Shown here: positions 52,188 to 64,000 of the stretch, one piece after another
How the letters are laid out: each line of letters opens with the position of its first letter
Numbering within the stretch: position 1 is the stretch's first letter
Source: Azolla caroliniana
Taxonomy: Eukaryota; Plantae; Polypodiophyta
Direction of reading: 5' to 3'
Length of the DNA: 64,000 nt
Assembly: GCA_043228905.1 (NCBI GenBank)
Contig: JBHGNT010000015.1
Location: forward strand, 12,834,001-12,898,000
Notes under the pieces: model-generated
What the model was told of the DNA's origin: nothing
Seen by the model: only the letters and a program-made list of their open reading frames with translations
Databases searched by the model: none
Position numbers and translations under genes: made by a program

Positions 52188-54158
52188 TGAAGAATGATAG
52201 GCATAGATGGTGCTATGTAGCAGAAGTGAGCTTTGTGTGTGAGTGTATGTGCATGTGATGCAACAGAGAGAGAGAGAGAGAGAGAGCCTAAACAAGAAAG
52301 TTGTATATTACCTCCAACAATTACTCACTTACAAAAGGTTGGTTTAAATACCAACTAGTATAGGGCAAATGCCCTTTCAACTAATTACAAATCTATCCTA
52401 GTAAGTTGTCCACTGACTAGTGTGAACATTGTCCCTATGGGAAGTTGAGTTCGATTCTCAACACGCCCCTTTGAATACAACTTCCAGATGTCGAAATGTT
52501 GGTTCGGTTCGATCTTCGAAAAACTTCAATTCGACTGAATCGGCTTTGGCTTTCGAGTTGTTTTGGTTGTTATCATATTTCAACTCCTTTGGTTGGCTTC
52601 GATCGGCTGCTGTTCGACATCGATGATTACTGTTGTTTTTTGGTACTCCCCCTCAAGTGCGGCTGGTCGGTGATCGAGAGACCTAGGTTCGTCGCAAACT
52701 GCTGCAACTTGTCGATCCCCAGGGCTTTAGTGAAGATGTTAGCTACCTGAAGATTCGTGTTGATGTGTCGTAAATCGACATCTCTAGCTTGAACACGCTC
52801 TCGGATGAAGTGATAGTGCACTTCGATATGCGTAGTCCACACGTGGAACACCGAGTTCCGAGCTAGGTAGATACTGCTCATGTTGTCGTAGTATAAGCGA
52901 ACCAGATTCGTGATGGGAGCACCCAGATCCTTCAAAATGCGTTTGAGCCAAACGGTCTCGCATGCAGCGACTACCGTGCCCCTGTATTCGGCCTTTGTAC
53001 TGGACAATGCGACTGTCGGTTGCTTCTTGCTGCTCTAGGAGATCGCTTCGCTGCGAGGGAGAAGACGAAACCTGATGTTGATCGTCTATTGGCCTTATAG
53101 CCAGCCCAATCTGCGTTTGTGTACCCTTCTAGTTGAATAAGTGTATTTGACTTATACATGATGCCATAATCCATCGTTGTACTGACATACTGAAGTATCC
53201 TCTTAGCGCAATCGAGATGATCATTTCGTGGGTTCTGCATGAATTGGCTAAGTAGGCCGACTGAATAGTTGAGGTTAGGTCATGTGATGGTTAGATAGAT
53301 TAGACTGCCAATTAGTTGTCGATATTGAGTTGGATCACACTCGGTTGTGCCCGAATTGACATCGAGCTTGAGATTTCTGTCGAGAGGGGTAGACAGAGGT
53401 TTCCACTCGGTCATCTGAACTTGTAGAGTAAGTTGAGAACGTAGTGCCGTTGAGAGATCAATAGCCCGACCGGTGTCCAAATTACTTCAATACCAAGGAA
53501 GTAATGGAGTTCGTGCATATCTTTCATTTCGAATCTTCCGAATAGGAGTGATTTAATCTTATTGATCTCGACGAGATCCTTTCGCCCGATGACTAGATCA
53601 TGCCACCCTTTTGCTGTTGCGAGTGCAATAACTATTCGCACCATTGCCATCTTTGCCACTGGGGCAAATGTCTCCTCGTAATCGACGTCGTGCGTTTGTG
53701 CGTATCCTTTTGCGAAGAGTCGAGCTTACGAGGTTCTTTTCACGGGTGGACCGGCGTACCTTCTCGTTTGCAGACACTAATGCTTTCTTCACTCCATTTA
53801 TCCGGATGTCGAGGCCTTCGAACTCACTGTCGAGGGAGTGAGTCGATTCGTTGCCGTCGAATTGATCGTCTTCATACGCCGGTATTTTCGCCTTGCCTTT
53901 GTCCATCTTCGGACTAGGATGAGATGTGCTTTGGTTGCTCGGGGGCGCTTGTGGGCCACTAAGCCTTGTCATAATCGGACTTTCTTCGAACATGTGTTTG
54001 AGTCGATCTCCATATTCTATCTCTTGTTCGGAGGATTCCGGGTCAAACCGAGTTAAAATTGAGGTTGTCTCTTGTGCGTACCAGGATGCTGACTTGTTGA
54101 AAATGACATCTTGAACTACACGAACCTTTTGAGTTGAGGGGTTATAGCACTTGTACCC
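52188..54158 (-). mobile_element. Copia element F: 3' LTR, RH, deleted RT and IN end; cut by G
   Basis: LTR 52188-52463 (TG..CA). RH SSTKAEYR..HIEVHYHFIRERV..IFTKAL. RT has an internal deletion (AKGWH|DLVIG). IN end GYKCYNP..DVIFN. Confidence 0.8.
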
Positions 54159-55862
54159 TGTAGAAAGCAACGTGCGGAAGCAAGTATGAAGACCGAACAG
54201 AAGGAAGGAAACTCAGGTTTAATGGAGAGCTTGAGCTTACACGGTATACACGGGAGAGACAGAGAGAGTGAGAGAGAAGACACAAAAAACTATATTCAAC
54301 AATAATACTCAGTCTGTACATAAGACGTGCTCAGTGAACACTTTTATACAAGCCCTAGAAGGACTGACCGAAGTACTGACAATACTTCAATGCTCATCAA
54401 GAGCTCCTACACTAACTCCCAAATATATTCCTTACGGAATATCTTTCCTAACGACCTCCCGGTTTACGCACTCGGCCTAGCCGATTGGTCCCAACCGATC
54501 TAGTCCTCGGCTTCTTCAGCCGAACCGGCCGATGTTGAGCTTGTCTCTCAACACTCCCCCTCAAGCTCAACTCGAGGCTCTTCGGGATCCTCGGGCTCAC
54601 AGCTCCGGTTCCTCCTGGCTTCACGCCTCGCTCACGCTCCTCGACCTGTCCGACTCCGCGCGCTTCAACCCTTCCGGTCGGCACGTCTGCTCATGCGGCC
54701 CTTATCAGCTCTTCTGCTGTTGCGGTGTCGACACTTCTTCTGCTGCCTTTTCTTCTGCTTGGGCCTCGGTTGATTCAACGTGTCTGAATCAAACATCCGA
54801 ACCGACTCGGCTACCTCCGATCGGTTTTCGCTCTCGTCCGAGTTGGCTGTCTCCAACTCGTCTTCGGTCTTCTCGCCTTCGATGGCGTCATCTTCTCCAT
54901 GCGTGGTTGGCTTCGGCTCTCTCCTTCGGTTGCTCCCCTTCTGTCTGCTTCCGAACTTTTCCGCGGGTCCGCCCTCGGCTTCTTCAGCCGATCCGATGTC
55001 GAACTTGTCAACCGACTCGGTGTCGCGGTGTCTGCTCCTTTCCTGCTGACTTGCTTGGTCGTTCGGGACTATTCTCCCCCTCAAGTTCGGCACGTCAAGG
55101 TGATGCAACCCGAGTGCACCTGAGAATTGCCGCAACTTGTCCAGACCAAGAGGCTTGGTGAAGATGTCGGCAGCCTGCCGATCCGTCGGAACGTACTGAA
55201 GTTCGACTTCACCGGAAAGGACACGCTCACGGACGAAATGGTAGTGCACCTCAATGTGCTTGGTCCGTGCGTGGAAGACGGGGTTCTTCACGAGTTGGAT
55301 GCTGCTGAGGTTGTCGTAGTAGATCGTTGTTGGATCTGACACCTCCTCTTGCAGGTCCTTAAGAAGCCGCTTCAACCATATGGCTTCACATGTCGCGACA
55401 ACCGCTCCTCGGTACTCAGCTTCGGTGCTCGACAGTGCAACTGTCGGCTGCTTCTTACTGCTCCACGCGATCGCGGCACTCCCGAGGGAGAACGCGTATC
55501 CGGACGTGGATCAGCGATCGGCGGCGTTGCCAGCCCAATCAACATCGGTATAGCCGACTAACTGCGCGACTGCACCGGTCCGATATAGCAGTCCACGGTC
55601 CTTAGTGCCGCTTACGTACCGAAGTACGCGTTGTGCACACTGAAGGTGCTCCTCGGTAGGTCGCGCCATGAACTGACTGATCACTCCGACCGGATAACTG
55701 AGGTCGGGTCGGGTGATGGTCAAGTATATGAGGCTACCGACAATTTGTCGGAACCTCGTCGGGTCGCATACCTTTCCCGTATCGGGACGAAGCTTGACGG
55801 TTCTGTCCAGAGGAGTCAAGATGGACTTACAGTCGGCCATCCCGAGTTTGAAGAGCATACTC

Positions 55863-56684
55863 TGACGGGAACCCAACACCCCTTATGCACAAAGCTCGGC
55901 CGCAACCGAGATTCTTTTCATACACAGAAAACAAGAAACGAAAACACGACTCAAAGGAGAGGAAGATACACAGGAGGTTTACGTGGAAAACCCCAAACTA
56001 GGGGGAAAAACCACGGCAGCCCACAGGCTGCAAACTGTCACTATGTAGGAATATACAACAGTGAGTTCACTGAGGCACCGACCTTGTGCTCACAAATCTT
56101 CGCCACAGGCGGCGGTTACAACAGAGGCAACGACCTCGTCTCTCTCTCTCTCTCTGTACAGTTACACACTCTCTCTTCTTCTTGAACCAACAAGGAAGAA
56201 TGACAACTACTATATCTAAAAGTTTGCCCTAAGTCATATTTATACTAATATGACTTTTCGGCTATTTACAAATGTAGCCTCGATAGGCTCTCAGAAACAT
56301 ATTTACGAATATGTCTCCTCATCCGGTTCATACCGTGCCTGCACCATCCGGCTCTCCGTAGCCGAGTACTCCTCATCCGGTTCATATCGGGCCTGTATCA
56401 TCCGGCTCTCCGTAGCTCGGTACTCCTCATCCGGTTCATACCGGGCCTGCACCATCCGGCTCTCCGTAGCCGAGTACTCCTCATCCGGTTCATACCGGGC
56501 CTGCACCATCCGGCTCTACGTAGCCGGGTACTCCTCATCCGGTTCATACCGGGCCTGCACCATCCGGCTCTCCGTAGCCGGGTACTCCTCACACGGTTTC
56601 GGCCTCGGCCTATCGGCCTCGGCCAAGTTCGTTCATCAGCACTGATCTTCTCCCTTCCCATCCAGAGGGACCTGTCTCCCAACA
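55863..56684 (-). repeat. Solo LTR H (Copia 1/2 family) with perfect TSD
   Basis: TG..CA termini. TSD TACTC at 55858-55862 and 56685-56689. Shares GAGGTCGTTGCCTCTG, TTTCCACGT and AACCGGATG.GGAGTAC blocks with the LTR at 4959. G's RT (HYVLS|MLFKL) resumes across it. Confidence 0.92.
56315..56590. repeat. 54-bp tandem repeat (5 units plus a partial) in solo LTR U3
   Basis: ctcctcatccggttcataccgggcctgcaccatccggctctccgtagccgagta starts at 56315, 56369, 56423, 56477, 56531 and (partial) 56585. Confidence 0.95.
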
Positions 56685-57454
56685 TACTCAGCACGTAATG
56701 ATGTTGGCTGATCAATATGCCTTCGGGGGTACGGATCACTTCGATCCCGAGGAAGTAATGAAGGTCCCCCAGATCCTTCATGTCGAACGATGCCGCAAGC
56801 TGGAGCTTCACGCGGTCGATTTCACCTAGGTCGGCGCCGGTGATGACCAAGTCATCAACATACAGTAAAATACTAACCGGTCCGAGTCGACCTTTCTGGA
56901 TGAACAGGGAAGAGTCCGATTTTGATGTGACGAAGCCCAACCGACGCAGTTGTTGCGTGATCTTCGCGTTCTAAGCACGCGGGGCTTGCTTCAGTCCGTA
57001 AAGGGACTTCTTCAGTTGGCATATTGCCGAGGAGTTCGTTCCAGAGTGAAATCCGGGGGGCTGTACCATGTACACTTGTTCCTCAAGGTCACCTTGCAGG
57101 AACGCATTCTTTACATCCATCTGATGTAGGTGCCACCCCTTGGCCGCGGCTACTGCGAGCAAAACACGGACGATCGTCATTTTCGCGACCGGCGCAAACG
57201 TCTCATCGTAGTCGATGCCGTGTTTCTGCGTGTAGCCCTTTGCCACTAGCCGAGCCTTGTACCGGTTGACCGAGCCATCGGTGTTGTACTTGACTTTGTA
57301 CACCCATCTACACCTGATCGGCTTCACACCCTTCGGTGCGTCAACCAGGTCCCAGGTCTCGTTCTCCGCCAATGCGTGCATCTCTTCCTCCATCGCGGCA
57401 TGCCAATTCGCGTCCTTCGCCGCTTCTGCGTAGCTCTCCGGCTCACGCACTTCC

Positions 57455-60400
57455 TGTTATGTACACATAACGTTGGTGAGGGTAGGTCACTAATATTTAC
57501 ATTAGTGAAGGGTATGTTCACTATTATTAAAAAGGGGACTAATGATTGGATAGAATGAATGATATGTGCATGCACTATCATGATTTAGACAACCAATGAA
57601 TAGAGAGCCTTTTAGAAAGGCACATCTATTCAAGGGGCCTAGGAAAAGGTATAAATATGAGGCTTAGCTACCCTCATAGGGACAATCACGTCGGAAGGCT
57701 GCTGTCGTAGACACCGGTGGTGCGGGCTAGGCTTTCGTCTCGATGATCGTGTTTATCTCTTCCAAGGTATTAGTCATCCTAATATCCGGCGGTATGGGAC
57801 GTCGGTGGTAGGTTGGCTATGTCTAGATCATAGCTCGGGGGTGGTCGGGTGGAACGGGTTCTTCTATCCAATCTATTTTCTTCCTTTTTACTTGATTTGG
57901 TCTATTGATTAGTAATAGACTCTTAACAGTGGTATCAGAGCTTTTACTAACAATTTTTTTGTTGTTTTGATGTTTTTTGCGTGTGAGCGAGGGGGATCTA
58001 ACAAGGCTCGTCATGCTCTTCTCAGGATCAAAACAACACTCTAAACCCGGTATTCTTCTTTTTTGATCTCTTCTCTTTTTCTATTATGCGTTCTTTATGG
58101 TCGAATCAAATTGGTATTACGTTTTATTCTCTTTCTTTCTACCTCCTACTACGCTACGATTTTACTTATTATTATGCATCGGGCCGAGCGTGTTTGCACT
58201 AATCGCACACGCTCAACTCATGGCCTTTTGCATATTGCGATATATATCCCACTCTCTCCTCTCTTGAACTCTTACGATAATAATTATTCTTGTGCATTGG
58301 GTCGAGCGTGTTTGCTCTAATCGCACACGCTTATCTCATGGCCGTTTTGCATATGATGTTGAGTATACCACTCTTCCCCTCTATTGAGCCATCACTTGGC
58401 CGATTCTAAGGGATGATGTGGCCTTGACGAGGTGTATGTTGCCTACCTATGCCACTCTACTCTCTATTAAGCCATCAATTGGCCGATTCTATGGGATGTT
58501 GTGGCCTTGACAAGGTATATGTAGCTTACATATGCCACTTTCCTTTTTAATTAGCCATCAATTGGCCGATTCTAAGGGATGATGTGGCCTTGACGAGGTA
58601 TATGTCACTTACCTATGCCACTTTCCTCTTTAATTAGCCATTACTTGGCCGATTCTAGGGATATGTGGTGGTCTTGAGGAGGTGCATGTCAACTACCCTA
58701 GGGTTTCGTATCTTAGGGCATGTTTGATTCCATACACCTAATTGTTGATTATTCTAATTAAATTTTAATTTCATAAGTATTGTTTCACTTATATGATTTT
58801 CTAGTAATTATTATTTACCGCCCACAATTAACTCTCCTTTTTCCACTTCCTTTTCATGTATAAAGTATTTACATCGTTTATTTTTAATGTAACCTTTACG
58901 TGTAGACTATTTTTTTCGTATGGAGTGGCTTGTTGAACGATTTTTTTTTTCAACGGGTCATCTAGGTTTAACTCTTATCATCAAGCCTTAGAAAATGAGT
59001 AAAACCATATGAGTTCCCTTATTGATGTTTTACTCATGGATTGAGTATTACATCTTTGCGCACAACACCGTCATCACTTGTATCAATTTGTGGCTTATGT
59101 CACAATTGTGCAAGTTATAACAATCATATTGGGATGTATATGTGCATACCTTGCACTTCCCATTTATTTGTGACATTGTTTTTTTTTCGTAGGTAACACA
59201 TGGGTTCTTTTTTTTTTACCCTTGTTTTCGTCACTACTTAACTCTTATGAGTAGTGCCTTATTTTATCATTTTATCATCACGTTTGCTTATTGCTCGCAA
59301 GACTAGAATATTACTTGTGAGTGCACTTGTTTTTTCACGTAATACACTTTCTCGACCATATAATACATGATGGGTTGGCATTAATATAAGGCTATCTAGG
59401 AAATTTCATTGATGTAAGAACCATGGTTGAGCCTCGGGGAGCCGCCATGATTACTCAAGATAGAGATCCGAGAAATACATCTTAGCTATGTTTTCCCCCA
59501 TGGTTTTTAAAACACCATAGTGTTACCATAGTTATCGGATCTCGAATCACATCTCATATGTCTAGAGGGGTAAAGACATGAGATACTTTCTTGGATAAAG
59601 TTCTTTCAATCAAAATTTCAAGCATTCATTTTGCTTGTGTATTTTCTGAACCTCCTTATTTTATTGCATACCCACAGCGTGCATCATGGAACAAGTTTTG
59701 AACGCAGTTGGAACGATCTCTCCAAATGAGACCTCTCAACCCCAATCCGCATCTCGCACACAAGCTGAGATCACTATTGAGCAATTGCTCACTACTACCT
59801 TGAATCAATTGGCCGAAATGAGACAGGCCAATATGGCATTGGAAAAGAAATTCCAAGAATTAACTATTGAGTCCAAGAAAGAAGGTGAACCTTCCTTCGT
59901 AGTCACGCCTTTCAAGGGAGATAAGAAAGAAAGAACCGAGGAGGCCATTAGCACTTGGCTTGGTCGTTGGGAGTCTCACTTTGAGCTTCATCCCAAGCCC
60001 GATGCAGTAAAAATTGGTTATGTCGGTCGTGAGTTAGGTGGCCGAGCTGCTGCTTGGTGGCGTGGCCTAAGGACCGCAAAAAACTTACCCACAACTTGGG
60101 AAGGTTTCGTTGATGTTTTTAAGAAACAATTCTTGCAGCCACCTTCTCAAACCGAACAAGCGCAACACTTGCTCACATTGTCTAGTAAGCCATTTACCTC
60201 TCTCGAGGATTATGTGCATCACGCTCGGACCCAGATCCAAAAATCGGGACTTACGGGTGAGAAATGGTTTGTCGCTTGTTTTTTGAATGGTATTCCCAAT
60301 GGGGATTATCATTGGATTGTCCATGACAAGGACCCCACAACTTTCGAGGAAGCCGTCAACATTGTGCTGCGATACCATAGGACTTCCAAGAAAGACCACA

Positions 60401-63400
60401 ATAAACCTGAGTTCGCCAAAACTCTGAATGTCAAGTTCATTGGGAAACGTAAGCAATCCAGTGACACTCTTGACCGCGACTCAAAGAAACCGAACCTCTT
60501 CTGTGCATATTGCAAGAAGCGGGGCCACACAAAGGATACCTGTCGTCGTCTTGAGAGGAAGTCAATGAACACCCCTCCTCAAGACAAATCTACGAGTAAC
60601 ACAGGTGAGTCTTTTGATATCGTTGAAGTTCATACCAATCACTTAAGTTTATGTGAATGCACTTTTCCTTCACATTTACTTGGACCTAATGATTTACTCC
60701 GAGCAGTCGGATATATCAATGGAACACAAGCACATTTCTTGTTTGATTCCGGTAGTTCTCACAATTTTCTTAATGATCACTTTGTGCAGCAAATGGAGCT
60801 CCACATAAACGCAAGTGATCATATCTATCAAGTTCACATGGCAAATGGAAACGTTCAATACATCAGTGGCATTGTTTGTCAACTGCCAATTCAAATAGAT
60901 ACTTATTTGGAGAAGCTTGACTTTCATGTTATGAAATTACAATCCGCAGATGTCATTTTAGGATATCCTTGGTTTTTTAATAAAAACCCTTCTTTGTCCA
61001 TTGATTGGGTTAATCACTCAATCACATTTGAACTTAATAATTGTAAACATTTTATTCAATGTTCCAAACTTCCTTCTCATTCACTTGTGTCTTCTAAATC
61101 TTTAAGTGAGTATTCTAGTTCATTAATTTATTCGTGTGTAATTGATCCTGCGGTTCAATTTTATTATTTTAATATTGATGCCACACAATTACCACATTTT
61201 GAGCAACGATTACTCGACTCTATTTTAGAGGATTTTCAAGATGTGTTTCCTACTGAATTACCACTTACTTTACCACCTAAACGTAATGTGGACCATCAAA
61301 TTGAACTCATCCCTGGGGCTGCTCCTGTGAGCATTCCACCTTACCGACTTAGTCGATTAGAAGAGGATGAGATCGCTAAACAACTTAAGGAATACTTGAG
61401 TATGGGCCACATTAGGTATAGTAAATCACCTTGGGGTGCGCCAGTTCTATTAGTCAAGAAGAAGGAAGGTTCGTGGCGAATGTGTATCAATTATCGCCGT
61501 TTGAATAAAATGACAATTAAGAATGCATATCCATTACCTCGTGCCGATGATTTGATTGATCGTTTGCACGGGGCTCGATATTTTACGAAAATTGACTTAC
61601 GAACTGGTTATCATCAGATTCGCATCGCCGAGGATGATATTCCTAAAACCGCTTTTCGTATGCGCTATGGCCATTATGAGTTTTTAGTCATGCCATTTGG
61701 GTTGACTAATGCTCCAGCCACATTCCAACAAGCGATGAATGATGTTTTCCGAGATCAACTCGGTGATTTTGTTGTCGTCTTCTTGGATGATATTTTGATA
61801 TATAGCCGTACCTTGCAAGATCATGTTCAACATGTTCAATTTGTTTTGCGAAAGTTGCGTGACAACTCTTTCTATGCAAAACATTCAAAATGTGACTTCT
61901 TCCAAAAATCTATTGTGTACCTAGGTCATTTAATTACAGAAAATGGCGTTGAAATTGAACCTTCTCGTATTGAAAAGGTTAAACTTTGGCCCATTCCTCG
62001 TAATATTCGTGAACTTAGATCATTCTTAGGGTTTGTTGGATTTTTACGAAAATCAATTCGTAACTATTCCAAATTGACTACGCCATTAACTGACCTTTTA
62101 AAAGGTCATCCACGTAAGTCTGTCAAACCAATTTCATGGAATGAACAACTTGACAAATCATTTGAGACACTCAAGGAGCATGTGTGTCAGGCTCCCACTC
62201 TTCTATTACCAAACCCTTCTAAGCCTTTCTCAATTGAAACCGATGCTAGTGATTATGCTATTGGTGCCGTTCTTTATCAAGGTGGTCACCCTATCGCTTT
62301 TGAAAGTAAGAAGCTAGATGCTGCTCAATCTCGGTATTCGGTTCAAGAGAAAGAGTTGTTTGCGGTGATACACGCACTTAAAACATGGAGGCACTATCTC
62401 TATGGAAATAAATTTGTGGTTACAACAGACCATCAATCATTAAAGTATTTTTGTGACCAGCCCGATCTTGTTGGTCGTAAAGGCCGTTGGGCTGACCTTA
62501 TGCAAGATTTTGATTTTTCCATACGATATCGCAAGGGTTCTATGAACACCGTTGCTGATGCTCTTAGTCGCATTAAAGAAGTTAACATGCTTAGCTTCAC
62601 GGAAATAAAATCTGATCTTTTAGATCACCTTCGAGGGAAATACCTTGATGACAGTTATTTCTCAAAATACTGGACGAAAGCCGAATCTGGTTTAGATGCC
62701 GATACTAGCACCCTACCCTCGAAGGCGACCTTTCACATTACAAACGGTTTGCTCTACCGTAGTGGAAAGGTCTGTGTTCCAGATTTACCAAATGTTAAAA
62801 AGAAAATTTTTCATGAATGTCATGATGCACCATCTGCTGGTCATCCTGGAATACAATGCACACTCGTTCTCATCTCGTGTACTTTTTTCTGGCCTAAGAT
62901 GCGCTCTGACGTGCATAAATACGTAACTCAATGCTTACAATGTCAGATTAATAAGTCGGAACGACTTAAAGCTGCTGGTCTTTTACATCCCTTAGATATT
63001 CCCAACAATAAATGGGAAAGTATCTCGATGGATTTTATTGTTAGTTTACCTCGTACACAGAGGGGTCATGATGCCATATGGGTTGTCGTTGACAGGCTAA
63101 CAAAATTAGCTAGATTTATTCCTACAAAACCACGGTAACCGCTCAACAGTTGGCTTATCAATTTGTTGATGAGTTATTTCGTTTTTATGGATTACCGATG
63201 GATATTGTTAGTGATCGAGATTCCAAGTTTACTAGTGACTTTTGGACTCAGGTCTTTAAGAAACTAGAAACTACGTTGAGCATGAGTTCCGCAGATCATC
63301 CTCAGTCTGATGGACAAACTGAACGAGTTAATCAAATTATTGAGGACATGCTTCGAGCTTATATAGCAAAAACCCCTTCTAAGTGGGAGCAATACCTTCC

Positions 63401-64000
63401 TATCTTAGAATTTGCCTATAATAGCTCTAAACATACATCCACTGGATATAGTCCTTTTATGTTGATGTATGGTTTTCAGCCACGTGCCCCAGTTGATGTC
63501 ACGATTCATCGTGATACATTAGACAGTACACGCAATTTTTTGCAAGACATGAACCAAATGTTGCATATTGCCAAAGAAAATGTCAAGACAGCTCAAGATC
63601 GTGCTCGATTTTATGCTGATCGGGATAGACGTCCTCGTGCATTTACTATTGGTCAAAAAGTTTTTTTGCGTGTCCCGACTGATTCTACGTCATTATCTAC
63701 GGGCAAGTGCGCTAAGTTAGCCCCACGATATTGTGGCCCATTTGAAATCCTTAGGCGAGTTGGGTCATCTGCTTATCACCTTGCCTTACCTCGTAACGTT
63801 GGTATTCATCCTGTTTTTCACGTCAGTCGTCTAAAACCATTTTTAGGCTCTGGTGATAACACCATCACAATCCAAGATCTTGTAACATTAGAGGATTTTT
63901 CTTACAAACCTCATGTTCCTGAACGAATTCTTGATTCTCGTACTAAACGTTTACGTTCTAAAGAGATTCGGCTATTCAAGATCAAATGGATGGATAAACC
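57455..64000 (+). mobile_element. Ty3/gypsy chromovirus element I, near-intact, extends beyond the window
   Basis: LTR 57455-57928 (TGTTA..TAACA, TATAAATA at 57650). PBS TGGTATCAGAGC at 57930-57941. 1.75-kb leader with tandem repeats at about 58180-58690. Followed by gag-pol. Confidence 0.93.
59686..64000 (+). CDS. Gag-pol polyprotein (gag, CCHC knuckle, PR, RT, RH, IN, chromodomain); one frameshift near 63130; 3' incomplete
   Basis: 1150-aa ORF: CAYCKKRGHTKDTC, LFDSGSSHNF, FLDDILIYS, ETDASDYAIG, HECHDAPSAGH, SMDFIV. Continues in another frame: IVSDRDSKF, DGQTERVN, YCGPF, HPVFHVSRL, then chromodomain-like PERILDSRTKRLRSKEIRLFKIKW. Confidence 0.9.

Larger units (their letters stand above)
54159..57454 (-). 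mobile_element. Copia element G: 3' LTR, RH and RT; interrupted by solo LTR H and cut by gypsy I
   Basis: LTR 54159-54553 followed by ctccccctcaa (PPT reverse complement). [64 protein letters not shown]. Confidence 0.9.

Noticed and set aside
56250-56645. ORFs with 18-aa repeats; superficially CRISPR-like array
   Set aside because: A 54-bp head-to-tail LTR repeat without unique spacers, in eukaryotic context with no cas genes.

Overview
Eukaryotic land-plant nuclear DNA; the TE lineages suggest a seed-free plant such as a fern, but this is only an inference. A ~13-kb gene island (about 26-39 kb) holds two convergent host genes: a single-exon EXO70 (F-like, + strand, 720 aa) and a 12-exon RAD23 (- strand, 402 aa, exons reconstructed by hand). 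Both flanks are nested LTR-retrotransposon piles. The left pile (0.7-25.7 kb) has two Tnt1/Tork-like Copia copies, one RT/RNaseH-less with TSD ACCCA, three copies (A, B, C) of a non-chromovirus Ty3/gypsy family with a tRNA-Trp-type PBS, and a gag fragment of another gypsy. The right pile (39.4-64 kb) has a Copia with TSD CACCC carrying a TIR element and a foldback element, three Copia copies nested one inside the next, a solo LTR with TSD TACTC, and a near-intact chromovirus that runs off the window end. Top finding: LTRs of gypsy B and C, which do not otherwise align by eye, carry a tRNA-like Pol III internal promoter (A-box, exactly 32 nt, B-box) in U3 upstream of the TATA box, sense in B and antisense in C. 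Also notable: the gag ATG sits inside the PBS, several deletion junctions carry templated filler DNA, and the chromovirus has candidate splice signals. All calls were made by eye; no database searches were run.
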